From Octopus sinensis (lineage: Eukaryota): a stretch of DNA of 64,000 nt. Both the position numbers and the translations under genes were made by a program. The notes under the pieces are model-generated. The model saw only the letters and a list, made by a program, of their open reading frames with translations, was not told where the DNA came from and searched no databases. Position 1 is the first letter of the stretch. Each line of letters starts with the position of its first letter. This document shows, in pieces, positions 52,448 to 64,000 of the stretch. The stretch is from positions 18,042,001 through 18,106,000 of the forward strand of contig NC_043000.1 of the NCBI RefSeq assembly GCF_006345805.1, in the 5' to 3' direction.

Positions 52448-53530
52448 GAGGGTGTCCCCAAATTAAGTCAACCAACTCTTTTCAAGTTTGTCAAAGCAAA
52501 ATATTGTTACATTTCAGATCCAAGCGTTGCAATGCAATGGTAAAGGAAACACAATTATGACACTACCACATTTGTTCAACATGACCACCTTTATTTCGAA
52601 CCACAGTGTTAAGTCTAGGTGCAAATGCTTCACATGTAGCATGCAGTTGTTCTTGCAGAATCAAAGTCCATTCCTGTTGCAGTTATGCCTTCAAAGTGTT
52701 GAGTGAAGCATGAGCAGTGCTTGAGATCCTTGTCTCCAAAATGGACCAAACAGAAAAATCCAATGGGTTGAAACTGGGGCTTCTTGAGGGCCATACATCT
52801 TTACCTATAAATGATGGAATGTTTATCTGAATCCAATGTTGTGTCTGTTTGAAGCTGTGGGATGGTGCCGAGTCCTGTTGGAGGCTCCAAGGTGTACCTT
52901 GAAAGTGCTCATCTCCCCATGGAAGCAGTTTAGCTTCAAAAATGTTACTAATGTATCACTGGGTGTTAATTTTAGCACTCTAGGGCACAAAAACAAGGGG
53001 AGGCCTTCCAGTGGCTGTCACAGCCACCCAGACCATAACTGACTCTGAATTTTGATGTTGATTTATGAGTCTACCCTTGATGGAGCCTGACACACTCCAA
53101 AGTTGGTCATTCTGTCTGTTTGATGTCAAATTTCTTTTCCTCGGTGAAAACCAGGTTGGGCAGCATGCCTTCAACAATTTGATGCAGGATAAGATGACTT
53201 CTCTCCTGTCTCATGGCCTTATAAACTTGCATAAGCTCATGACATCAGATCATCTTGTAGGGGTGGGTCCTGAAATCCTCCTTCAGCACTCTATACATCG
53301 ATGCTTGGCTTACTTTTACTGTGGCAGCCAGTTTTCTGACTGAATGACAAGGATTTCACCATTTCTTTTCTCTGGTACTTTTGATAAACTGAGGGATCTG
53401 CATACTTCTTTTTTTGGCCATGTCCAGGTTGATCAGCAGTGGAATCAGTCTCTTGAAATTTCTTGATAATTTTCCAGACTCTTGTCAGCTAATTTTAAGC
53501 TTTTTTTCTATAGCCGTATTACTTTTGCCT
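52448..53530 (-). pseudogene. DD37D (maT) transposase fossil
   Basis: NRQNDQLW..SVMVWVAVTATGRPPLVFVP; WSLQQDSAPSH...WPSRSPSFNPLDFSVW with 37 residues between the 2nd and 3rd catalytic D; TA+GAGGGTGTCCCCAAA terminus; stops and frameshifts. Confidence 0.9.
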
Positions 53531-54859
53531 CCTTTGTGGAGGATTATGATTATATAATATAGTAGGAGTGAAGAGAAGTAGTAGGTGTGAGGGGGGAGAA
53601 ATGAGAGTTGAGCCCATGTGGCGCAAAGGAGCAAAAAGAGAAGATTAATCCCTGTTCACGGCGCAAACAGGAGTCCGGATGGCCCCTGTGCAAGAACAAT
53701 ATGAAAACAGATGTGTTGCAAAGAGTGAATAGAGCAGAAATGGTGCGAAACCGGGGTGTCATTGCCGAGTCGGATGTCTCAGAGGTGTTCCGTGAACCAC
53801 AGCATAATGTAATGTGTACTGGTTAGATTAAGTGTAGTATTAGTTGTGACAACTGGATGCTTTTCTTAATGCTAAACACCAGGAAATAGAAATGAAATCA
53901 GTTAAGCAAAATCAAGCTAGGTCTCATGTCAAATCTCTATTCTGTAATTGGTGCAATTCTTTTAAACACACATATTTGGATATGAATTAGAGCATTTAAA
54001 TATGCTAATTTTTCGCATTTAATTGGAATGCAATACTGTGGTACTGCTTAGTTTTGTTATCAATATTTTGGTTGGCCTTTCCCCCAAGGTCAGCTATACC
54101 TTTCATCCTTTCAGGGTTGATAAAATAAGTACCAGTTGAGCACTGGGTTTGATGTAATTGACTAATCCTCTACCCTGAAATTGCTGGCCTTGTGCCAAAA
54201 TTTGGAACCAATATTTTATTTGGCCAATTCAGTTAAATCTATGCTTTACTGAGCTGCAGCTTGGGCAAGTGTTTTCTACTAGAGCATGATAACTTTACTC
54301 ATCCCCTCAGTGAGGCTCAACATTCTGAGATCAGTCTATTTCTTGCATGCTCCTAGTTTTAATTGCTCTTGAGCATTAACTGCTTAATAAAATCTACTAT
54401 TTCCTCTACAACACTTTTGTGTCAATAGTTTACATTAGGTACTCTGAAATGAGTTTCTACCTCTGCCTTTTCTGCATATCAAGCATGGCCATTTTCTTGT
54501 GGTGGTATAGTCCAGACTTTTTCTCCACTTACTGATACTTCAGTCTTTGCTAAATTTATGTTGAGGCCTCTTAGTTTTTGCCTCTACATTTGGAATTGTT
54601 ACTATCATTTAACATACATTTTTTTTCTTGGTTGCATAGATTAGATGAAATTTGTTGAGGTAGAATTTCTACAGCCAGATGCCTTTTTTGTTACTAGTCC
54701 TCACTTGTTTTCCAAAGAAAAAGATCCCTTCAAATGTTTACATTTAATGTGGTTTTATTTCCTTTATTGTCAAATTATTTCCCTGAACCATTTACAGTTT
54801 TAACGAATTGACATTCTTACCTTTCCATGTATTTATGCTTTTTTAAAATTTTTTGCCAG

Positions 54860-55075
54860 GTTTGCCAGATGCTGCTAAAAAGCCAGACAAAATCAGTGAC
54901 TTCAGCAATGACCTCAACACCAATCTATCACTGTTAACATCTCTGGAACAGGAGTCTGATAGAATAACTTTCCTCGATGATTCTGGCCCAGAGAAGCTGG
55001 AAAATATGTCTGACAACCCTATACCCAAGTTAAGTGCAGTTGACAGTTTAGAAGTATTTTCTGATCCTGACAGTG
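54860..55075 (+). CDS. TRABD: TraB domain-containing protein, exon 2 (acidic, low-complexity N-terminal region)
   Basis: TTTTTTGCCAG acceptor, open frame LPDAAKKPDK...EVFSDPDS, donor G|GTAAGT phase 1 matching next exon. Confidence 0.75.
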
Positions 55076-55326
55076 GTAAGTACTATTTTATTGTCCTACC
55101 TTCAGTATAATCCCTTCCAACTGCTCACACGCACACATGTACATATACATGCTCATGCACACACACATGTATACACAATTTTATTTACTCTACGAAAGTA
55201 GTCTAGTTCCCAACCACATAGTTCTTGGTTCAGTTCCACTGCATGACACCTTGTGCAAGTGTCTTCTATAGCCTTGGGCTGATGAAAACCTAGTGTGTAG
55301 AATTGGTAATGGAAATTGAAAGAAAC

Positions 55327-55368
<42 letters not shown>

Positions 55369-56756
55369 AACACGCACACACAAACACACACACACGCGCA
55401 TTTATATGTGTCTGTATTGACCCCCCCCACCACTACTTGACAACTGGTGTTGGTGTGTTTACATCCCTGTAACTTAGTGGTTCGATTATTAATTCTGATG
55501 CATTAGGCTTTACTAAAAATAAGCACTGGGATTGATTTGTTAGACTAAACCTTTCAAGGCAGTGCCCCAGCATGGCTACATTCCAGTGACTGAAACAAGT
55601 AAAAGATAAAAGATTACATACTGGATATGAGTGTATGTATGTGTGTCTGCCTGTCCTAGCAATGCTAACAGAGGATCCAGTTATAGAGATCATCATCATC
55701 ATCATCATTTAACATTCGCTTTCCATGCTAGCATGGGTTGGACGATTTGACTGAGGTCTGGTGAACCAAACTCCAATCTGATCTGGCAGAGTTTCTACAG
55801 CTGGATGCCCTTCCTAACACCAACCACTCCAAGAGTGTAGCAGGTGCTTTTACGTGCCACCGGCACGAGGGCCCTGTTTGGTGGAACTGGCAACGGCCAC
55901 GCCCAAATGGTGCTTTTTATGTGCCACCTGCACAGGAGCCAGTCCAAGATGGTAACTAAAATATACATGGATTGTGTAAGTAGCAAAACTTGCTGAGATA
56001 ATGCTGGCTCCAGTTTTTCATTAGCTAACAGGGTTTGTGCAGGGAGTCCAGGACATACCTGCCATGGACAATAACCCCCTGAGAACAACAGATGATGATT
56101 TAAAACTTCTTAATGTTAGAGAGGGGGTGTTATTAACCAAGAGGGTTAATTGTCTTAGGGGGTAGTTTCCGTCAGTGGGAATTGTCCTATCTAGAGTAAT
56201 TGTACTTGGTGGGCAATTGTCCTGATACATGTGCAAGAAGTAATGGAAAGATTTTAAATAATTATCTACGATCACATGCTTTATGCTTTTTATACAACAT
56301 CTGTGCTACTAACATGACAATAAAATGAACATAAAACAAATAAAATAATGATCTCTACCTCCCACATCCAGATACATAGACATAATGACTGTTTCTCTGA
56401 CATATTCATTTTCATTTTTACAGTTTTGTAAGAGGTTGCAATATAGATAGGCATAGCCATACTGGTCACAGCTGGTCGTTTGTTGTCTTAGTGATTGATA
56501 TATATATCTTAGTAAACGATACATAACTATCTACTTATTATAAACTGTCCTTACAACCATTATAAATACTTGGTAATTGGAGTAATTGCCTATCTGCATC
56601 TAGTTCTGTCTCATTATATTCTGAATACTATTATTATCCTCTTAGTCAACTTTAACTTTCATTCCTCCAAGATCAATAAATACCAGTTGTAAATTATGGT
56701 CAAACCAAGACCTTAGGTGCCAGTAATATCAGTTATTATTTCATATAATGTAATTA

Positions 56757-57015
56757 TCATCATCATCATCATCATCATTTAGCGTCCGTTCTCCATGCTA
56801 GCATGGGTTGGACGGTTCGACCGGGGATCTGGGAAGCCAGAAGGCTGCACCAGGCTCCAGTCTGATCTGGCAATGCTTCTACAGCTGGATGCCCTTCCTA
56901 ACGCCAACCACTCCGTGAATGTAGTGGGTGCTTTTTACGTGCCACCTGTACTGGAGCCAGGTGAGGCTGGCATCGGCCACGGTCGGATTGGTGCATTTTA
57001 CGTGCCACCTGCACA
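56757..57015 (-). mobile_element. Truncated RTE LINE 3' end; similar copies at about 4675-4810(+), 14365-14632(-), 22918-23222(-), 45566-45900(-), 48460-48814(+), 51065-51205(+), 55688-55945(-), 63724-64000(-)
   Basis: Matches 9660-9856 including CATGCTAGCATGG and the (TGA)n tail; this copy is flanked by a long imperfect direct repeat (ATCAGTTAT..TTCATATAATGTAATTAT). Confidence 0.88.
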
Positions 57016-58009
57016 TATTATCAGTTATTTCATATAATGTAATTATATTGTGCTTTAACCTTAGTAGTAGTAGTAGTATTGGTGGTAAGGATTGATTGCC
57101 CGACTGTTTGGTCAGTAATTTAACTACATTACTGTTATACATCATTATTCAATCCTTAGGCATTCAAACTGACAACATCCTGCCTAAATACTCTACCTGT
57201 TTTATGCTCAAGCCATCCAGATCCAGCCTCTCGCACCTACCCTACAACGATATTCTAAACATAAACAATTGCATCATCAAAATTTCAAAGCTATGAGATA
57301 CTCTCTTTACTTTCAGTCATTTGACTGTGGCCATGCTGGAGCACTGCCTTTAGTCGATCAAATTGACCCCAGGAATTATTCTTTGTAAGCCTAGTACGTA
57401 TTCTGTTGGTCTCTTTTGCCGAACTGCTAAGTTACGGGGATGTAAACACACCAGCATCGGTTGTCGAGCAATGTTGGGACAAACACAGACACACATACAC
57501 ACACACACACATATATATATACACATATATACATTGGGCTTCTTTCAGTTTCCGTCTACCAAATCCACTCACAAGGCTTTGGTTGGCCCGAGGCTATAGT
57601 AGAAGACACTTGCCCAAGGTGCCACGCAGTGGAACTGAACCCGGAATCATGTGGTTGGTAAACAAGCTACTTACCACACAGCCACTCCTGCACCTATAAT
57701 GCATAATTAATTTAAAACAATGAGAATAAATAAACATATTATTGATAGAGTAATCTGAAGGGTAAAGGGTTAACAATAAACAAGTACGTTTCTTTATCAA
57801 GAGAACATTTCAAGCTTCATTCAGGTGGATTTTACTCTTACACTTATTGTCTTATTGCAAGCATGGATAAGGAAACATTAACCCTTTAGCACTTCAACCA
57901 GCCAAATAATCTGTTCCAAATATTCAATCTGTTTTATGTTCAAGTCAACCAGATCCAGCCTATCAAATCATTGTAATCTTGAGGCTATGAGATAAAAGGG
58001 TAAGGGTAA

Positions 58010-58339
58010 AGACCCCCTTCAGTCATGAATGACCATGGGATTGCACCTAGAAAGTTACCCTCCTAGACACAAGTCCGGGCAAAGTTGTTTATGGAAGACC
58101 AGCATTCGCCCATGCATACCAGCCTCCTCTCTCCACGCCACCAGTGTTATCCAAGGGAAAGACAAAGGTCGATACAGCTTGGCACCAGTGACGTCGCAAC
58201 TCATTTCTACAGCTGAGTGAACTGGAGCAACATAAAATAAAGTGCCTTGCTCAAGAGCACAACATGCAGCCCGGTCCGGGATTCGAGCTCACAACCTCAC
58301 GATCGTAAGCTCGACGCTCTAACCACTGAGCCATGCGCC
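58010..58339 (-). mobile_element. tRNA-derived SINE family C (CORE-like); copies about 51978-52312(-), 35222-35390(- partial), 45250-45500(+ diverged)
   Basis: Head GGCGCATGGCTCAGTGGTTAGAGCG...CTCGAATCCC followed by TTGAGCAAG..ACTT..TGCTCCAGTTCACTCAGCTGTAGAAATGAG. Confidence 0.85.
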
Positions 58340-59013
58340 ATGAGATAGTGCTTGATTAATGCAGAACAATGTGGATAAATAAGCTTCTCTGCTTACAAAA
58401 CCCATGAACTAAATATTCATCCTGTTCAATCATGACACTTCTTTACCACCATCTCTCTTTTCCTATTGGGTTAACCCTTTAGCATTCAGTTTTCTTTGTC
58501 AAATGTAATGTTTATTTATTCACATTGCTTTGAATTAGTCATGCATTACCTTGTAGCTTTGAGGTTTCAGTGACATGATTATTTATTTTGAGAATAATAT
58601 TGTAAAATAAGTGTGAGATGTCAAATCTGGCCAACTGGAAGATAAAACAGGCAGATCATTTTGGCTGGATACAGCTGGTTTAAATGCTAAAGGGTTAACC
58701 ATGTATCTCCCTTACAAGGCACCTGTACTTATTCCTCTATCATATTTTAACTTCTCGTCACCTGGCATAAAACCACCTCCTCTAATACTATCCCTCACCT
58801 CAGTTGAGGGGTCTTGTATCACGAGTTGCTTAGTAACCTGTAAAAGGCTTCCAGAATACTGTAAAGTGGTTGGTTTTAGGAAGGGCATCCAGCTGTTGAA
58901 ACTATGCCTAAGCAGACATTGGAGCTTGGCAATGTCCAGTCCACAGCAGTATGGAAAATGGATATTAAACAGTGATGGTAATGAATGATGGGTTCCTACA
59001 AGACTATAACTTA

Positions 59014-59278
59014 ACGTATTTGACGGCATATTAGACGCACCCTCGTTTCATGTATTTTGTTATGATCATAAACTTTGTTGTATCCAACCTACCTCCGTAT
59101 ATACACAAACTCGTAATGATCATGTGCATTCCGTAGTTTTACTCCTCACCGTCAGATGGCATCGAGTTAGGGTTCCGATCAGCTGATATTAGTAAACGTG
59201 TGTCATGGATCGCAGCCTAACAATTTACGGTAGATTGCTTTGATTTTTACGATAATTAGTATTTTAAAGTAATAATAC

Positions 59279-59320
<42 letters not shown>

Positions 59321-59521
59321 CAATAAAATAATGATGCATGAGTACGGAAAATATCATTAAGGCGTTAGCGTAGGTAGAAATATTTATCGTAAGCTAGGTT
59401 AGTGAGCGTCTGGGAGAAGATTAGCCTACGGGAGGGTCTTGACTTCGCATATTAGATGCAGGGCGATTTTTTGAGCCAAATTTTTTGGAAAAAAGTGCAT
59501 CCTATATGCCGTCAAATACGG
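59014..59521. mobile_element. Tc2/pogo-like MITE
   Basis: TA|ACGTATTTGACGGCATAT...ATATGCCGTCAAATACGG|TA inverted termini with TA duplication. Confidence 0.75.
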
Positions 59522-59625
59522 TAACTATAAATTATTGAGGTTGTTCAACTGCAAATCATTAATCTAAGTTCATCAAGCAAAACTAAAATACATCTTGTCT
59601 AAACTTAATCCATCTTTCTTTCTAG

Positions 59626-59837
59626 ATCTGGTGACATATAGCGGAGATGAATCAGAAATTGATGATGACGACGACGACGACGATGATAATGACCAGAATT
59701 CTTTACATTCGGTGCGACACATTACAAAAATTGAACTTCCATCAACTGTGACTGTTCTGCTTACTGAACATGGCAGCAAAGTATATATTGTTGGGACAGC
59801 ACACTTTAGTCTGGAGAGTCAGGAAGATGTGGCAAAG
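59626..59837 (+). CDS. TRABD: TraB domain-containing protein, exon 3
   Basis: CTTTCTTTCTAG acceptor; poly-Asp then LPSTVTVLLTEHGSKVYIVGTAHFSLESQEDVAK, the TraB GTAH motif region; donor AAG|GTTTGT phase 0. Confidence 0.93.
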
Positions 59838-60859
59838 GTTTGTTTGTACTCTTACTGTTGTTGATTACCTTAACCCTTTGACTGTGGAAAACTGGGCGTA
59901 GGAGTGGCTGTGTGGTAAGTAGCTTGCTTACCAACCACATGGTTCCGAGTTCAGTCCCACTGCGTGGCACCTTGGGCAAGTGTCTTCTACTATAGCCTCG
60001 GGCTGACCAAAGCCTTGTGAGTGGATTTGGTAGACGGAAACTGAAAGAAGCCCGTCGTATATATGTTTGTGTATATGCTTGTGTGTCTGTGTTTGTCCCC
60101 CCAACATTGCTTGACAACCGATGCTGGTGTGTTTATGTTGCCGTAACTTAGTGATTCGGCAAAAGAGACCGATAGAATAAGTACTAGGCTTACGAAGAAT
60201 AACTCCTGGGGTCGATTTGCTCGACTAAAGGTGGTGGTCCAGCATGGCCACAGTCAAATGACTGAAACAAAAGAGTAAAAGAGTACACCTACTTATAATT
60301 TCATTACTATGGAAAGCAGTTTTGTATACCAATCTGGATTTTGTTGAGGAATGTCACGTGTGAAACTATTTCCTGTTGAGTTATTGAGGCTTCGTTACTT
60401 TTTGATAGAAGAATCATGAAATTTAATTTCCTTGTGAAAGTGTTAAATACTGAGGTGTGCTTTAAGATTATAGGGTATGCTAATGATTCTACCAACTTGC
60501 TACCTTTGTTAGGATTATATCATGATTAATTGATGATTAAGTAATTTGACTCCCATAATCCATTACTTAAAACTTCATATCATATTGATGAGAGTTTTTC
60601 AGAATATCAATTTTTGTAGACTATTTTGTCCATTTTTTCCTGTGGTTCAGTGTTTGATAATTTTAAAATTTACCTGTTTTGATAAAAGACAATTCCTTTT
60701 AATAATCCTTGTAAATAATTTGAGACTTATTCTCAGCTATGTTTGTCCTAAAAGAAGATGTAAGGAACATAACTGTTTTATAAGTAATGCAGATCTCATT
60801 ACAAATACTAATGAAAAAAAGGCATCCGAGGGGTGATGCATACCCTGTGCACAGATAAA

Positions 60860-61645
60860 TTTTTTCACAAGTTATAGTGTGGTTTACAATGCGTTGCTTA
60901 CCCATACTCAATTATTTTTTTTAAAGTATTACCGTTCTAGGTATTTATACACTGGTGAAATTAAGAAATCAACTTGTAAATGAACGAAACCCTTGAATCC
61001 ATCACTGTACATACACACATGCAGTTGCTCTCTGTGTATGTATGTACTCACACATGTCTATGTGCATAAGTACACCATAATCTGTACATATGCAGATGAG
61101 GATTGATTCATATGAAAAAGAAAGTGAACAAAATGAAATACTTATAGAAAATATTGCATAGAATTTAAATGTTTTCAACAGCTTTCAATAATAGCAGGTG
61201 AATCAAATGTACTGTAGTTTCGTTGTAGGATATAAATGATAGGACCACTTGCTTATCGGGAAATTTGTATGTTCAATTTTTAAAAAAATTACTTTTTTTT
61301 TTCAAGTATCACCATTATAAAGTATTTATGCTCTGGTGAAATTAAGAAACTAACTCATAAATAAATGAAACCCTTGAATCCATCATTGTACACAAACATC
61401 CATGTATGTATTTATGTATGTATGTATATATATACGTATGCACATATAGGTATGCCATGATCTATACATGCAGACAAGGGTCCATTCATATGAAAAGAAA
61501 GCGAACAAAATTAAATACTTATAGAAAATATTGCATAGAATTTTATTAAGTTTTTCACCACTGTAGGTATTTATACTCAGGTGAAATTGAAAAATCAACT
61601 TATAAATAAACGAAACCCTCAAATCCATCACTGTACTCATACACA
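60860..61645. repeat. Diverged tandem triplication
   Basis: GTATTTAT...GGTGAAATT..AA..AAC....AAAT.AA.GAAACCCT..AATCCATCA.TGTAC recurs at about 60940, 61322 and 61567. Confidence 0.8.
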
Positions 61646-62736
61646 CATTTCACACACACACACCTATATATGTTTGAAGATAATCCAACCAAATATTCAT
61701 CATTTTGAGCCGCTCACCCAATGAGTATTTCTGCCAAATTTGGTGAAAATCCATTCAGCCGTTTTCCAGTAATTTTGCAAACACACAGACAAACAGAGAA
61801 AGACAAGTGATTGCAATACCCTGCTTTTGCTTACATGCACAGAGTAATTATGCTTCTAACATGAGCACAGGCCAGGAATTTTGGTGGGAGCATATAATTG
61901 ATTATATCAGCCTCACTACTTATACTTTATTCTATTGAACTGTTGAGCGGTATAGCTGATCCATGGCAGATTTTGAGCTTATTCTAAAGAGCCAGAACAA
62001 ATCATGCATGGTGTTTTGTTTCATGGTTTAGTGAATCTGCTAATCTTCTTTAGTGAGGGCTCAATTTTTTTTTCACGGATGATCGGATATAATTGAATGA
62101 ATCAATCACAGCATATTACTGGTATTATTTTACTGACCTGCTGACTAAGTTAATCCTGGTAGTATTTGAATTCTAAACCTATAGGGATAGGTGTGAGTTC
62201 TGTAAAGTTTTAAATTTGACACCTCAGGAAATTATGACAATAATAATAATGATTTCAAATTTCAATTACTTCAGCCCCAGCACATAACTGATACTTATTT
62301 TATCGACCCTAAAAGGTTGAAAGGCAAAGTTGAACTTGGCAGAATTTGAACTCAGAATGTGAAGACAGATGAAATGCTGCTAAGCATTTTGCTTGGCATG
62401 CTAACAACTCTGTCAGCTTGCCACCTTATCACAATAATAATAATAATAATAGTTTCAAATTTTGGCCAAGGCCAGCAAGTTTGGGGGTGGGGTGGGGGTA
62501 AATTGATAATCAACCCCAATGCTCAATTGGTACTTATTTTATTGACCCTGAAAGGTAAAATCGACCGTGACAGAATTTGAACTGAGAACATAAAGATAGA
62601 CGAAATGCCACTTAACATTTCATCTGGCATGCTAATGAGTCTGCCAGCTCACTGCCATAATAATAGTAATAATAATAATAATAATAATAATGTTAGCGGT
62701 GGTGATTTATTGAAATCTGTTTCTTTTTTGTTGCAG

Positions 62737-62877
62737 ACCATTCAGTGTGTAAAACCAGACATTGTGATGGTAGAGCTGTGCAGTAGTCGTGTAAATATAT
62801 TACAATTGGATGAAGAGACCCTTTTGGAAGAAGCTAAAAACATAAACTTGGAGAAGATAAAACTTTCTATTAAACAG
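62737..62877 (+). CDS. TRABD: TraB domain-containing protein, exon 4
   Basis: TTTTTTGTTGCAG acceptor; TIQCVKPDIVMVELCSSRVNILQLDEETLLEEAKNINLEKIKLSIKQ resembles the TRABD PDVVVVELC motif; donor CAG|GTAAAT. Confidence 0.93.
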
Positions 62878-64000
62878 GTAAATGTTTCTTCATTCATTTC
62901 TCTATTTACTCCTTTCTTATCTTGTTTTTTTCCATCATCATATCATCATACTGGCATGGGTTGGGCAAACAGTCTGGATCTGAGTCATTTCATACCAGGA
63001 GGGATTACTCTCAAAGGCTGGTGCTTGTCTGTGTCAATTTTCACTTGGTTTCCTATCACCAACCATTTTACAGGTTGTACTAAGTGAATTTTCTCATGGT
63101 ACCAACACTACAAAGGTTGATAATTCCTTGGCAAGAAATAACTAAAGGAACCTCACAACCTCTCACATTCTCTGCTTGTTTGTCATCCACTTTACAATGT
63201 ATACTGGATGTATTTTTCCAGACACCAGCATTAGGGAGACTGTCAAATGCTTAACCCTTTAGCATTTAAACTGGCTATATCCAGCCCAAATATTCTGTCT
63301 ATTTTCTGTACAAACTAGCCTGATCCAGCCTCTTACAACTATTCTATGATGTCATTCTACAGAAATATTATCACATCATTGAAATTTTAAAGCCACAAGA
63401 TAATGCATGATTAATTCAAAATGATGCAAATAAATAGGCATTACATTCCACAGAGCAATCTTGATTGCTAAAGAATTAATGAGACAGTACTGAGGAAACT
63501 CTCAACTCTACATTACTTCCACTTGCTCATCAGTCACTTTAGAGCTGTGTTTCCCAACCTATTTTCCTTTAGGCCCTGCCTATAACTTTTCAGAAAAATT
63601 AATGTTCCACTGGTAACTGGTAAAAAACAACTTTATTTTAATATTTTATCAATCATCCAATACAAAGGAATCTACCAGCAACTCTTTTATTAAGTACTGA
63701 GTACAAAAAAAAAGTACATTATTCATCATCATCATCGTTTCACGTCCGCTTTCCATGCTAGCATGGGTTGGATGATTTGACTGAGGGCTGGCGAACCAGA
63801 TGGCTGCACCTGGCTCCAATCTTGATCTGGCAGAGTTTCTACAGCTGGATGCCCTTTCTAACGTCAACCACTCCGAGAGTATAGTGAGTACTTTTACGTC
63901 CCACCGGCACGGGGGCCAGTCGGGCAGTACTGGCAACGACCTAGCTCAAATGTTTTTACACGTGCCAGTAAGGCGATGCTGGTAACGATCACGCTCGAAT

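Noticed and set aside
58265-58339. tRNA gene
   Set aside because: tRNA-like head of SINE family C, continuous with the SINE body and multi-copy

Overview
AT-rich, repeat-dense eukaryotic (animal) genomic DNA, most likely an octopus: the SINE families, RTE LINE tail and microsatellite load fit, but this is inference from recalled repeat families. Two spliced genes lie head-to-head, about 550 bp apart. On the minus strand is a leucine-rich-repeat gene (coding exons 37132-37025 and 21530-20901; no further exon found in the window). On the plus strand is a TraB-domain gene, TRABD (exons 37687-37714, 54860-55075, 59626-59837, 62737-62877, continuing beyond the window). All splice phases match. The introns are filled with mobile DNA: a near-complete RTE-clade LINE with a PHD-type finger inside ORF2, many truncated copies of its 3' end, three SINE families, two Helitron-type elements, TTAA/hAT/Merlin-like/Tc2-like MITEs, DD37D and mariner transposase fossils and a solo LTR. 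The most notable hidden structure is a set of short (TA)n-flanked, Penelope-like terminal-repeat elements carrying minimal type I hammerhead ribozyme motifs (six loci). Three of them sit in fold-back palindromes. Almost all short ORFs in the supplied track are repeat or microsatellite artefacts. Repeat boundaries without a stated TSD are approximate.
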